From the NCBI GenBank assembly GCA_964016885.1, contig OZ024742.1, positions 168,888,001 to 168,952,000 on the forward strand: a DNA stretch of 64,000 bases, read 5' to 3'. The notes under the pieces are model-generated. The model saw nothing but the letters and a program-made list of their open reading frames with translations, was not told where the DNA came from and made no database searches. The DNA comes from Eledone cirrhosa. Lineage: Eukaryota. Positions 13,191 to 27,500 of the stretch are shown one piece after another (within the stretch, counting starts at the first letter, position 1; every line of letters begins with the position of its first letter). A program made the translations under genes and the position numbers.

Positions 13191-13387
13191 ATATTATCTT
13201 CCCTTGGCTGGCGGGAAATTATCTCCCCTTGGACGGCTGAAAATTATCTCCCCTTGGACGGCTGGAAATTATCTCCCCTTGATTTTTTTACAAATTATCT
13301 CCCCCTGATTATTTTTTACAAATTATCTCCCCCTGATTTTTTTTTACAAATTATCTCCCTCTGATTTTTTTTACAAATTATCTCCCC

Positions 13388-16300
13388 TTGGCTGGCTGGA
13401 AATTATCTCCCCTTGGAGGCTGGAATTTATCTCCCCTTGGACGGTTAGAAATTACCTCTCCTTGGACTGCTGGAAAATATGTCTCCTTGGACGGCTGGAA
13501 ATTATCTCCCCTTGGACGGCTGGAAATTATCTCCCCTTGGACGGCTGGAAATTATCTCTCCTCGGACGACTAGAAATTACCTCTCCTTGGACAGCTGAAA
13601 ATTATCTCCCCTTGGACGGCTGGAAATTATCTCCCCTTGATTTTTTTTACAAATTATCTCCCCCTGATTTTTTTTTACAAATTATCTCCCCCTGATTTTT
13701 TTTTACAAATTATCTCCCCCTGATTTTTTTTACAAATTATCTCCCCCTGATATTTTTTACAAATTATCTCCCCCTGATTTTTTTACAAATTATCTCCCCT
13801 TGGCTGGCTGGAAATTATCTCCCCTTGGAGGCTGGAATTTATCTCCCCTTGGACGGCTAGAAATTACCTCGCTTTGGACGGCTGGAAAATATGTCTCCTT
13901 GGACGGCTGGAAATTATCTCCCCTTGGACGGCTGGAAATTATCTCCCCTTGGACGGCTAGATATTACCTCCTCTTGGACGGCTGGAAATTATCTCCCCTT
14001 GATTTTTTTTACAAATTATCTCCCCCTGATTTTTTTTTACAAATTATCTCCCCCTGATTTTTTTTTACAAATTATCTACCCCTGATTTTTTTTTACAAAT
14101 TATCTCCCCCTGATTTTTTTTACAAATTATCTCTCCCTGATTTTTTTTTACAAATTATCTCCCCCTGATTTTTTTTTACAAATTATCTACCCCTGATTTT
14201 TTTTTACAAATTATCTCCCCCTGATTTTTTTTACAAATTATCTCCCCCTGATTTTTTTTACAAATTATCTCCCCCTGATTTTTTTACAAATTATCTCCCC
14301 CCGATTTTTTTTACAAATTATCTCCGCCTAATTTTTTTAAATATTATCTTCCCTTGGCTGGCGGGAAATTATCTCCCCTTGGACGGCTGAAAATTATCTC
14401 CCCTTGGACGGCTGGAAATTATCTCCCCTTGATTTTTTTACAAATTATCTCACCCTGATTATTTTTTACAAATTATCTCCCCCTGATTTTTTTTTACAAA
14501 TTATCTCCCTCTGATTTTTTTTACAAATTATCTCCCCTTGGCTGGCTGGAAATTATCTCCCCTTGGAGGCTGGAATTTATCTCCCCTTGGACGGTTAGAA
14601 ATTACCTCTCCTTGGACTGCTGGAAAATAGGGTCTCCTTGGACGGCTGGAAATTATCTCCCCTGGGACGGCTGGAAATTATCTCCCCTTGGACGGCTGGA
14701 AATTATCTCTCCTCGGACGACTAGAAATTACCTCTCCTTTGACAGCTGAAAATTATCTCCCCTTGGACGGCTGGAAATTATCTCCCCTTGATTTTTTTTA
14801 CAAATTATCTCCCCCTGATTTTTTTTTACAAATTATCTCCCCCTGATTTTATTTTACAAATTATCTCCCCCTGATTTTTTTACAAATTATCTCCCCCTGA
14901 TATTTTTTACAAATTATCTCCCCCTGATTTTTTTACAAATTATCTCCCCTTGGCTGGCTGGAAATTATCTCCCCTTGGAGGCTGGAATTTATCTCCCCTT
15001 GGACGGCTAGAAATTACCTCGCCTTGGACGGCTGGAAAATATGTCTCCTTGGACGGCTGGAAATTATCTCCCCTTGGACGGCTGGAAATTATCTCCCCTT
15101 GGACGGCTGGAAATTATCTCCCCTTGGACGGCTAGATATTACCTCCCCTTGGACGGCTGGAAATTATCTCCCCTTGATTTTTTTTACAAATTATCTCCCC
15201 CTGATTTTTTTTTACAAATTATCTCCCTGATTTTTTTTTACGAATTATCTCCCCCTGATTTTTTTTTACAAATTATCTCCGCCTGATTTTTTTTTAAAAA
15301 TTATCTCCCCTTGAACGGCTGGAAATTATCTCCCCTTGGACGGCTGGAAATTATCTCCCCTTGGACGGCTAGAAATTACCTCTCCTTGGACGGCTGAAAA
15401 TTATCTCCCCTTGGACGGCTGCAAATTATCTCCCCTTGATTTTTTAACAAATTATCTCCCCCTGATTTTTTTTTACAAATTATCTCCCCCTGATTTTTTT
15501 TTACAAATTATCTACGCCTAAGTTTTTTTACAAATTATCTCCCCCTGATTTTTTTTTACAAATTATCTCCCCCTGATTTTTTTTACAAATTATCTCCCCC
15601 TGATTTTTTTTTACAAATTATTTCCCCCTGATTTTTTTACAAATTATCTCCCCCCTGATTTTTTTTACAATCTCCGCCTGATTTTTTAAAAAATTATCTT
15701 CCCTTGGCTGGCGGGAAATTATCTCCCCTTGGACGGCTGGAAATTATATCCCCTTGGACGGCTGGAAATTACCTCCCCTTGGACAGCTGGAAATTATCTG
15801 CCCTTGATTTTGTTTTTACAAATTATCTCCCCCTGATTTTTTTTACAAATTATCTCCACCTGATTTTTTAAAAAATTATCTCCCCTTGGACGGCTGGAAA
15901 TTATCTCCCCTTGATTTTTTTACAAATTATCTCCCCCTGATTTTTTTTACAAATTATCTCCCCCTGATTTTTTTTTTACAAATTATCTCCCCCTGATTTT
16001 TTTACAAATTATCTCCCCCTGATTTTTTTTACAAATTATCTCCGCCTGATTTTTTTAAATATTATCTTCCCTTGGCTGGCGGGAAATTATCTCCCCTTGG
16101 ACGGCTGAAAATTATCTCCCCTTGGACGGCTGGAAATTATCTCCCCTTGATTTTTTTTACAAATTATCTCCCCCTGATTTTTTTTTACAAATTATCTCCC
16201 CTGATTTTTTTTTACAAATTATCTGCCCCTGATTTTTTTTACAAATTATCTCCCCCTGATTTTTTTACAAATTATCTCCCCTTGGCTGGCTGGAAATTAT

Positions 16301-19300
16301 CTCCCCTTGGAGGCTGGAATTTATCTCCCCTTGGACGGCTAGAAATTACCTCTCCTTGGACGGCTGGAAAATATTTCTCCTTGGACGGCTGGATATTATC
16401 TACCCTTGGACGGGTGGAAATTATCTCCCCTTGGACGGCTGGAAATTATCTCCCCTTGGACGGCTAGATATTACCTCCCCTTGGACGGCTGGAAATTATC
16501 TCCCCTTGATTTTTTTTACAAATTATCTCCCCCTGATTTTTTTTTTACAAATTATCTCCCCCTGATTTTTTTACAAATTATCTCCCCCTGATTTTTTTTA
16601 CAAATTATCTCCGCCTGATTTTTTTAAATATTATCTTCCCTTGGCTGGCGGGAAATTATCTCCCCTTGGACGGCTGAAAATTATCTCCCCTTGGACGGCT
16701 GGAAATTATCTCCCCTTGATTTTTTTTACAAATTATCTCCCCCTGATTATTTTTTACAAATTATCTTTCCCTGATTTTTTTTTACAAATTATCTCCCCCT
16801 GATTTTTTTTACAAATTATCTCCCCCTGATTTTTTTACAAATTATCTCCCCTTGGCTGGCTGGAAATTATCTCCCCTTGGTGGCTGGAATTTATCTCCCC
16901 TTGGACGGCTGGAAATTATCTCTCCTTGGACGGCTAGTAATTACCTCTCCTTGGACGGCTGGAAAATATGTCTCGTTGGAGGGCTGGAAATTATCTCCCC
17001 TTGGACGGCTGGAAATTATCTCCCCTTGGACGGCTGGAAATTATCTCTCCTTGGACGGCTAGAAATTACCTCTCCTTGGACGGCTGAAAATTATCTCTCC
17101 TTGGACGGCTGGAAATTATCTCCCCTTGGACGGCTAGATATTACCTCCCCTTGGACGGCTGGAAATTATCTCCCCTTGATTTTTTTTACAAATTATCTCC
17201 CCCTGATTTTTTTTTACAAATTATCTCCCCCTGATTTTTTTTTACAAATTATCTACGCCTAAGTTTTTTTACAAATTATCTCCCCCTGATTTTTTTTTAC
17301 AAATTATCTCCCCCTGATTTTTTTTACAAAATATCTCCCCCTGATTTTTTTTTACAAATTATTTCCCCCTGATTTTTTTACAAATTATCTCCCCCCTGAT
17401 TTTTTTTACAATCTCCGCCTGATTTTTTAAAAAATTATCTTCCCTTGGCTGGCGGGAAATTATCTCCCCTTGGACGGCTGGAAATTATATCCCCTTGGAC
17501 GGCTGGAAATTACCTCCCCTTGGACAGATGGAAATTATCTGCCCTTGATTTTGTTTTTACAAATTATCTCCCCCTGATTTTTTTTACAAATCATCTCCAC
17601 CTGATTTTTTAAAAAATTATCTCCCCTTGGACGGCTGGAAATTATCTCCCCTTGATTTTTTTACAAATTATCTCCCCCTGATTTTTTTTACAAATTATCT
17701 CCCCCTGATTTTTTTTTTACAAATTATCTCCCCCTGATTTTTTTACAAATTATCTCCCCCTGATTTTTTTTACAAATTATCTCCGCCTGATTTTTTTAAA
17801 TATTATCTTCCCTTGGCTGGCGGGAAATTATCTCCCCTTGGACGGCTGAAAATTATCTCCCCTTGGACGGCTGGAAATTATCTCCCCTTGATTTTTTTTA
17901 CAAATTATCTCCCCCTGATTTTTTTTTACAAATTATCTCCCCCTGATTTTTTTTTACAAATTATCTCCCCCTGATTTTTTTTTACAAATTATCTGCCCCT
18001 GATTTTTTTTACAAATTATCTCCCCCTGATTTTTTTACAAATTATCTTCCCTTGGCTGGCTGGAAATTATCTCCCCTTGGAGGCTGGAATTTATCTCCCC
18101 TTGGACGGCTAGAAATTACCTCTCCTTGGACGGCTGGAAAATATTTCTCCTTGGACGGCTGGATATTATCTACCCTTGGACGGGTGGAAATTATCTCCCC
18201 TTGGACGGCTGGAAATTATCTCCCCTTGGACGGCTAGATATTACCTCCCCTTGGACGGCTGGAAATTATCTCCCCTTGATTTTTTTTACAAATTATCTCC
18301 CCCTGATTTTTTTTTTACAAATTATCTCCCCCTGATTTTTTTACAAATTATCTCCCCCTGATTTTTTTTACAAATTATCTCCGCCTGATTTTTTTAAATA
18401 TTATCTTCCCTTGGCTGGCGGGAAATTATCTCCCCTTGGACGGCTGAAAATTATCTCCCCTTGGACGGCTGGAAATTATCTCCCCTTGATTTTTTTTACA
18501 AATTATCTCCCCCTGATTATTTTTTACAAATTATCTTTCCCTGATTTTTTTTTACAAATTATCTCCCCCTGATTTTTTTTACAAATTATCTCCCCCTGAT
18601 TTTTTTACAAATTATCTCCCCTTGGCTGGCTGGAAATTATCTCCCCTTGGTGGCTGGAATTTATCTCCCCTTGGACGGCTGGAAATTATCTCTCCTTGGA
18701 CGGCTAGTAATTACCTCTCCTTGGACGGCTGGAAAATATGTCTCGTTGGAGGGCTGGAAATGATCTCCCCTTGGACGGCTGGAAATTATCTCCCCTTGGA
18801 CGGCTGGAAATTATCTCTCCTTGGACGGCTAGAAATTACCTCTCCTTGGACGGCTGAAAATTATCTCTCCTTGGACGGCTGGAAATTATCTCCCCTTGGA
18901 CGGCTAGATATTACCTCCCCTTGGACGGCTGGAAATTATCTCCCCTTGATTTTTTTTACAAATTATCTCCCCCTGATTTTTTTTACAAATTATCTACACC
19001 TGATTTTTTTACAAATTATCTCCCCCTGATTTTTTTTACAAATTATCTCCGCCTAATTTTTTTAAATATTATCTTCCCTTGGCTGGCGGGAAATTATCTC
19101 CCCTTGGACGGCTGAAAATTATCTCCCCTTGGACGGCTGGAAATTATCTCCCCTTGATTTTTTTTACAAATTATCTCCCCCTGATTTTTTTTTACAAATT
19201 ATCTCCCCCTGATTTTTTTTTACAAATTATCTCCCCCTGATTTTTTTTACAAATTATCTCCCCCTGATATTTTTTACAAATTATCTCCCCCTGATTTTTT

Positions 19301-22300
19301 TACAAATTATCTCCCCTTGGCTGGCTGGAAATTATCTCCCCTTGGAGGCTGGAATTTATCTCCCCTTGGACGGCTAGAAATTACCTCGCCTTGGACGGCT
19401 GGAAAATATGTCTCCTTGGACGGCTGGAAATTATCTCCCCTTGGACGGCTGGAAATTATCTCCCCTTGGACGGCTGGATATTATCTACCCTTGGACGGCT
19501 AGATATTACCTCCCCTTGGACGGCTGGAAATTATCTCCCCTTGATTTTTTTTACAAATTATCTCCCCCTGATTTTTTTTTACAAATTATCTACCCCTGAT
19601 TTTTTTTTACAAATTATCTCCCCCTGATTTTCTTTACAAATTATCTCCCCCTGATTTTTTTACAAATTATCTCCCCCCGATTTTTTTTACAAATTATCTC
19701 CGCCTAATTTTTTTAAATATTATCTTCCCTTGGCTGGCGGGAAATTATCTCCCCTTGGACGGCTGAAAATTATCTCCCCTTGGACGGCTGGAAATTATCT
19801 CCCCTTGATTTTTTTACAAATTATCTCCCCCTGATTATTTTTTACAAATTATCTCCCCCTGATTTTTTTTTACAAATTATCTCCCTCTGATTTTTTTTAC
19901 AAATTATCTCCCCTTGGCTGGCTGGAAATTATCTCCCCTTGGAGGCTGGAATTTATCTCCCCTTGGACGGTTAGAAATTACCTCTCCTTGGACTGCTGGA
20001 AAATATGTCTCCTTGGACGGCTGGAAATTATCTCCCCTTGGACGGCTGGAAATTATCTCCCCTTGGACGGCTGGAAATTATCTCTCCTCGGACGACTAGA
20101 AATTACCTCTCCTTGGACAGCTGAAAATTATCTCCCCTTGGACGGCTGGAAATTATCTCCCCTTGATTTTTTTTACAAATTATCTCCCCCTGATTTTTTT
20201 TTACAAATTATCTCCCCCTGATTTTTTTTTACAAATTATCTCCCCCTGATTTTTTTTACAAATTATCTCCCCCTGATATTTTTTACAAATTATCTCCCCC
20301 TGATTTTTTTACAAATTATCTCCCCTTGGCTGGCTGGAAATTATCTCCCCTTGGAGGCTGGAATTTATCTCCCCTTGGACGGCTAGAAATTACCTCGCCT
20401 TGGACGGCTGGAAAATATGTCTCCTTGGACGGCTGGAAATTATCTCCCCTTGGACGGCTGGAAATTATCTCCCCTTGGACGGCTAGATATTACCTCCCCT
20501 TGGACGGCTGGAAATTATCTCCCCTTGATTTTTTTTACAAATTATCTCCCCCTGATTTTTTTTTACAAATTATCTCCCCCTGATTTTTTTTTACAAATTA
20601 TCTACCCCTGATTTTTTTTTACAAATTATCTCCCCCTGATTTTTTTTACAAATTATCTCTCCCTGATTTTTTTTTACAAATTATCTCCCCCTGATTTTTT
20701 TTTACAAATTATCTACCCCTGATTTTTTTTTACAAATTATCTCCCCCTGATTTTTTTTACAAATTATCTCCCCCTGATTTTTTTTACAAATTATCTCCCC
20801 CTGATTTTTTTACAAATTATCTCCCCCCGATTTTTTTTACAAATTATCTCCGCCTAATTTTTTTAAATATTATCTTCCCTTGGCTGGCGGGAAATTATCT
20901 CCCCTTGGACGGCTGAAAATTATCTCCCCTTGGACGGCTGGAAATTATCTCCCCTTGATTTTTTTACAAATTATCTCCCCCTGATTATTTTTTACAAATT
21001 ATCTCCCCCTGATTTTTTTTTACAAATTATCTCCCTCTGATTTTTTTTACAAATTATCTCCCCTTGGCTGGCTGGAAATTATCTCCCCTTGGAGGCTGGA
21101 ATTTATCTCCCCTTGGACGGTTAGAAATTACCTCTCCTTGGACTGCTGGAAAATATGTCTCCTTGGACGGCTGGAAATTATCTCCCCTGGGACGGCTGGA
21201 AATTATCTCCCCTTGGACGGCTGGAAATTATCTCTCCTCGGACGACTAGAAATTACCTCTCCTTGGACAGCTGAAAATTATCTCCCCTTGGACGGCTGGA
21301 AATTATCTCCCCTTGATTTTTTTTACAAATTATCTCCCCCTGATTTTTTTTTACAAATTATCTCCCCCTGATTTTATTTTACAAATTATCTCCCCCTGAT
21401 TTTTTTTACAAATTATCTCCCCCTGATATTTTTTACAAATTATCTCCCCCTGATTTTTTTACAAATTATCTCCCCTTGGCTGGCTGGAAATTATCTCCCC
21501 TTGGAGGCTGGAATTTATCTCCCCTTGGACGGCTAGAAATTACCTCGCCTTGGACGGCTGGAAAATATGTCTCCTTGGACGGCTGGAAATTATCTCCCCT
21601 TGGACGGCTGGAAATTATCTCCCCTTGGACGGCTGGAAATTATCTCCCCTTGGACGGCTAGATATTACCTCCCCTTGGACGGCTGGAAATTATCTCCCCT
21701 TGATTTTTTTTACAAATTATCTCCCCCTGATTTTTTTTTACAAATTATCTCCCTGATTTTTTTTTACGAATTATCTCCCCCTGATTTTTTTTTACAAATT
21801 ATCTCCGCCTGATTTTTTTTTAAAAATTATCTCCCCTTGAACGGCTGGAAATTATCTCCCCTTGGACGGCTGGAAATTATCTCCCCTTGGACGGCTAGAA
21901 ATTACCTCTCCTTGGACGGCTGAAAATTATCTCCCCTTGGACGGCTGCAAATTATCTCCCCTTGATTTTTTAACAAATTATCTCCCCCTGATTTTTTTTT
22001 ACAAATTATCTCCCCCTGATTTTTTTTTACAAATTATCTACGCCTAAGTTTTTTTACAAATTATCTCCCCCTGATTTTTTTTTACAAATTATTTCCCCCT
22101 GATTTTTATACAAATTATCTCCCCCCTGATTTTTTTTACAATCTCCGCCTGATTTTTTAAAAAATTATCTTCCCTTGGCTGGCGAGAAATTATCTCCCCT
22201 TGGACGGCTGGAAATTATATCCCCTTGGACGGCTGGAAATTACCTCCCCTTGGACAGCTGGAAATTATCTGCCCTTGATTTTGTTTTTACAAATTATCTC

Positions 22301-24588
22301 CCCCTGATTTTTTTTACAAATTATCTCCACCTGATTTTTTAAAAAATTATCTCCCCTTGGACGGCTGGAAATTATCTCCCCTTGATTTTTTTACAAATTA
22401 TCTCCCCCTGATTTTTTTTACAAATTATCTACCCCTGATTTTTTTTTTACAAATTATCTCCCCCTGATTTTTTTACAAATTATCTCCCCCTGATTTTTTT
22501 TACAAATTATCTCCGCCTGATTTTTTTTAATATTATCTTCCCTTGGCTGGCGGGAAATTATCTCCCCTTGGACGGCTGAAAATTATCTCCCCTTGGACGG
22601 CTGGAAATTATCTCCCCTTGATTTTTTTTACAAATTATCTCCCCCTGATTTTTTTTTACAAATTATATCCCCCTGATTTTTTTTTACAAATTATCTCCCC
22701 CTGATTTTTTTTACAAATTATCTCACCTTGGCTGGCTGGAAATTATCTCCCCTTGGAGGCTGGAATTTATCTCCCCTTGGACGGCTAGAAATTACCTCTC
22801 CTTGGACGGCTGGAAAATATGTCCTTGGACGGCTGGATATTATCTACCCTTGGACGGCTGGAAATTATCTCCCCTTGGACGGCTGGAAATTATCTCCCCT
22901 TGGACGGCTAGATATTATCTCCCCTTGGACGGCTGGAAATTATCTCCCCTTGATTTTTTTTACAAATTATCTCCCCCTGATTTTTTTTACAAATCTAATG
23001 ATTTTTAAAAAAAAATTATCTCCCCTTCGCTGGCTGGAAATTATCTCCCCTTGGACGCTGGAAATTATAGCCCCTTGGAGGGCTGGAAATTATCTTCCCT
23101 TGGACGGCTGGAAATTATCTTCCCTTGGACGGCTGGAAATTATCTCCCCTTGGCTCGAAATTATCTCCCCTTGGACGGCTAGAAATTATCTCTCTTTGGA
23201 CGGCTGGAAATTATCTCCCTTTGATTTTTTTTACAAATTATCTCCCCCTGATTTTTTTTACAAATCTCCCCCTGATTTTTAAAAAAAAATTATCTCCCCT
23301 TCGCTGGCTGGAAATTATCTCCCCTTGGACACTGGAAATTATAGCCTCTTGGAGGGCTGGAAATTATCTTCCCTTGGACGGCTGGAAATTATCTCTGCTT
23401 GATTTTTTTTACAAATTATCTCCCCCTGATTTTTTTTTACAAATTATCCCCCCCGATTTTTTTTACAAATTATCTCCCCCTGATTTTTTTTACAAATTAT
23501 CTCCCCTTGGACGGCTGGAAATTATCTCCCCTTGGACGGCTGGAAATTATCTCCCCTTGGACGGCTAGAAGTTACCTCTCCTTGGACGACTGAAAATTAT
23601 CTCCCCTTGGACGGCTGCAAATTATCTCCCCTTGATTTTTTTTACAAATTATCTCCGCCTGATTTTTTTTTTAAAATTATCTCCCCTTGGACGGCTGGAA
23701 ATTATCTCCCCTTGGACGGCTGGAAATTATCTCCCCTTGGACGGCTAGAAGTTACCTCTCCTTGGACGGCTGGAAATTACCTCCCCTTGGACGGCTGGAA
23801 ATTATCTCCTTGGACGGCTAGAAATTACCTCTCATTGGACGGCTGAAAATTATCTCCCCTTGGACGGCTGGAAATTATCTCCCCTTGATTTTTTTTACAA
23901 ATTATCTCCCCCTGATTTTTTTTTACAAATTATCTCCCCCTGATTTTTTTTTTACAAATTATCTCCGCCTGATTTTTTTTTAAATTATCTCTCCTTGGAC
24001 GGCTGGATATTATCTCCCCTTTCATTTTTTTTACAAATTATCTCCCCCTGATTTTTTTTTACAAATTATCTCCCCCTGATTTTTTTTTACAAATTATCTC
24101 CCCCTGATTTTTTTTTACAAATTATCTCCCCCTGATTTTTTTTTACAAATTATCTACCCCTGATTTTTTTTTACAAATTATCTCCCCCTGATTTTTTTTA
24201 CAAATTATCTCTCCCTGATTTTTTTTTACAAATTATCTCCCCCTGATTTTTTTTTACAAATTATCTACCCCTGATTTTTTTTTACAAATTATCTCCCCCT
24301 GATTTTTTTTACAAATTATCTCCCCCTGATTTTTTTACAAATTATCTCCCCCCGATTTTTTTTACAAATTATCTCCGCCTAATTTTTTTAAATATTATCT
24401 TCCCTTGGCTGGCGGGAAATTATCTCCCCTTGGACGGCTGAAAATTATCTCCCCTTGGACGGCTGGAAATTATCTCCCCTTGATTTTTTTACAAATTATC
24501 TCCCCCTGATTATTTTTTACAAATTATCTCCCCCTGATTTTTTTTTACAAATTATCTCCCTCTGATTTTTTTTACAAATTATCTCCCC
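13388..24588. repeat. HOR copy 1, 11,201 bp: a b a' b' c d e c-tail d e f a b a b' c g h (lacks d-e before g)
   Basis: Module starts at 13388, 13800, 14538, 14950, 16282, 16852, 18052, 18622, 19317, 19914, 20326, 21064, 21476 and 22728. Confidence 0.88.
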
Positions 24589-27500
24589 TTGGCTGGCTGG
24601 AAATTATCTCCCCTTGGAGGCTGGAATTTATCTCCCCTTGGACGGTTAGAAATTACCTCTCCTTGGACTGCTGGAAAATATGTCTCCTTGGACGGCTGGA
24701 AATTATCTCCCCTTGGACGGCTGGAAATTATCTCCCCTTGGACGGCTGGAAATTATCTCTCCTCGGACGACTAGAAATTACCTCTCCTTGGACAGCTGAA
24801 AATTATCTCCCCTTGGACGGCTGGAAATTATCTCCCCTTGATTTTTTTTACAAATTATCTCCCCCTGATTTTTTTTTACAAATTATCTCCCCCTGATTTT
24901 TTTTTACAAATTATCTCCCCCTGATTTTTTTTACAAATTATCTCCCCCTGATATTTTTTACAAATTATCTCCCCCTGATTTTTTTACAAATTATCTCCCC
25001 TTGGCTGGCTGGAAATTATCTCCCCTTGGAGGCTGGAATTTATCTCCCCTTGGACGGCTAGAAATTACCTCGCTTTGGACGGCTGGAAAATATGTCTCCT
25101 TGGACGGCTGGAAATTATCTCCCCTTGGACGGCTGGAAATTATCTCCCCTTGGACGGCTAGATATTACCTCCTCTTGGACGGCTGGAAATTATCTCCCCT
25201 TGATTTTTTTACAAATTATCTCCCCCTGATTTTTTTTTACAAATTATCTCCCCCTGATTTTTTTTTACAAATTATCTACCCCTGATTTTTTTTTACAAAT
25301 TATCTCCCCCTGATTTTTTTTACAAATTATCTCTCCCTGATTTTTTTTTACAAATTATCTCCCCCTGATTTTTTTTTACAAATTATCTACCCCTGATTTT
25401 TTTTTACAAATTATCTCCCCCTGATTTTTTTTACAAATTATCTCCCCCTGATTTTTTTTACAAATTATCTCCCCCTGATTTTTTTACAAATTATCTCCCC
25501 CCGATTTTTTTTACAAATTATCTCCGCCTAATTTTTTTAAATATTATCTTCCCTTGGCTGGCGGGAAATTATCTCCCCTTGGACGGCTGAAAATTATCTC
25601 CCCTTGGACGGCTGGAAATTATCTCCCCTTGATTTTTTTACAAATTATCTCACCCTGATTATTTTTTACAAATTATCTCCCCCTGATTTTTTTTTACAAA
25701 TTATCTCCCTCTGATTTTTTTTACAAATTATCTCCCCTTGGCTGGCTGGAAATTATCTCCCCTTGGAGGCTGGAATTTATCTCCCCTTGGACGGTTAGAA
25801 ATTACCTCTCCTTGGACTGCTGGAAAATAGGGTCTCCTTGGACGGCTGGAAATTATCTCCCCTGGGACGGCTGGAAATTATCTCCCCTTGGACGGCTGGA
25901 AATTATCTCTCCTCGGACGACTAGAAATTACCTCTCCTTTGACAGCTGAAAATTATCTCCCCTTGGACGGCTGGAAATTATCTCCCCTTGATTTTTTTTA
26001 CAAATTATCTCCCCCTGATTTTTTTTTACAAATTATCTCCCCCTGATTTTATTTTACAAATTATCTCCCCCTGATTTTTTTACAAATTATCTCCCCCTGA
26101 TATTTTTTACAAATTATCTCCCCCTGATTTTTTTACAAATTATCTCCCCTTGGCTGGCTGGAAATTATCTCCCCTTGGAGGCTGGAATTTATCTCCCCTT
26201 GGACGGCTAGAAATTACCTCGCCTTGGACGGCTGGAAAATATGTCTCCTTGGACGGCTGGAAATTATCTCCCCTTGGACGGCTGGAAATTATCTCCCCTT
26301 GGACGGCTGGAAATTATCTCCCCTTGGACGGCTAGATATTACCTCCCCTTGGACGGCTGGAAATTATCTCCCCTTGATTTTTTTTACAAATTATCTCCCC
26401 CTGATTTTTTTTTACAAATTATCTCCCTGATTTTTTTTTACGAATTATCTCCCCCTGATTTTTTTTTACAAATTATCTCCGCCTGATTTTTTTTTAAAAA
26501 TTATCTCCCCTTGAACGGCTGGAAATTATCTCCCCTTGGACGGCTGGAAATTATCTCCCCTTGGACGGCTAGAAATTACCTCTCCTTGGACGGCTGAAAA
26601 TTATCTCCCCTTGGACGGCTGCAAATTATCTCCCCTTGATTTTTTAACAAATTATCTCCCCCTGATTTTTTTTTACAAATTATCTCCCCCTGATTTTTTT
26701 TTACAAATTATCTACGCCTAAGTTTTTTTACAAATTATCTCCCCCTGATTTTTTTTTACAAATTATCTCCCCCTGATTTTTTTTACAAATTATCTCCCCC
26801 TGATTTTTTTTTACAAATTATTTCCCCCTGATTTTTTTACAAATTATCTCCCCCCTGATTTTTTTTACAATCTCCGCCTGATTTTTTAAAAAATTATCTT
26901 CCCTTGGCTGGCGGGAAATTATCTCCCCTTGGACGGCTGGAAATTATATCCCCTTGGACGGCTGGAAATTACCTCCCCTTGGACAGCTGGAAATTATCTG
27001 CCCTTGATTTTGTTTTTACAAATTATCTCCCCCTGATTTTTTTTACAAATTATCTCCACCTGATTTTTTAAAAAATTATCTCCCCTTGGACGGCTGGAAA
27101 TTATCTCCCCTTGATTTTTTTACAAATTATCTCCCCCTGATTTTTTTTACAAATTATCTCCCCCTGATTTTTTTTTTACAAATTATCTCCCCCTGATTTT
27201 TTTACAAATTATCTCCCCCTGATTTTTTTTACAAATTATCTCCGCCTGATTTTTTTAAATATTATCTTCCCTTGGCTGGCGGGAAATTATCTCCCCTTGG
27301 ACGGCTGAAAATTATCTCCCCTTGGACGGCTGGAAATTATCTCCCCTTGATTTTTTTTACAAATTATCTCCCCCTGATTTTTTTTTACAAATTATCTCCC
27401 CTGATTTTTTTTTACAAATTATCTGCCCCTGATTTTTTTTACAAATTATCTCCCCCTGATTTTTTTACAAATTATCTCCCCTTGGCTGGCTGGAAATTAT

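Larger units (their letters stand above)
801..13387. repeat. HOR copy 0, 12,587 bp: a b a' b' c d e f d e f a b a b' c d' e g h
   Basis: Long A-block starts (TTGGCTGGCTGG) at 801, 1213, 1951, 2363, 3695, 4265, 4960, 5612, 6182, 6877, 7474, 7886, 8624, 9036, 10314, 10885 and 11527. Typed by diagnostic variants: a GGTTAGA/CTCGGACGACTAG; c TTGAACGG/TACGCCTAAG/TTTTGTTTTT; d AAAATATTTCTCC/GACGGGTGG; e GGTGGCTGG/CTAGTAATT; g AAATCTAATGA. The unit boundary is arbitrary (first a after g-h). Confidence 0.88.
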
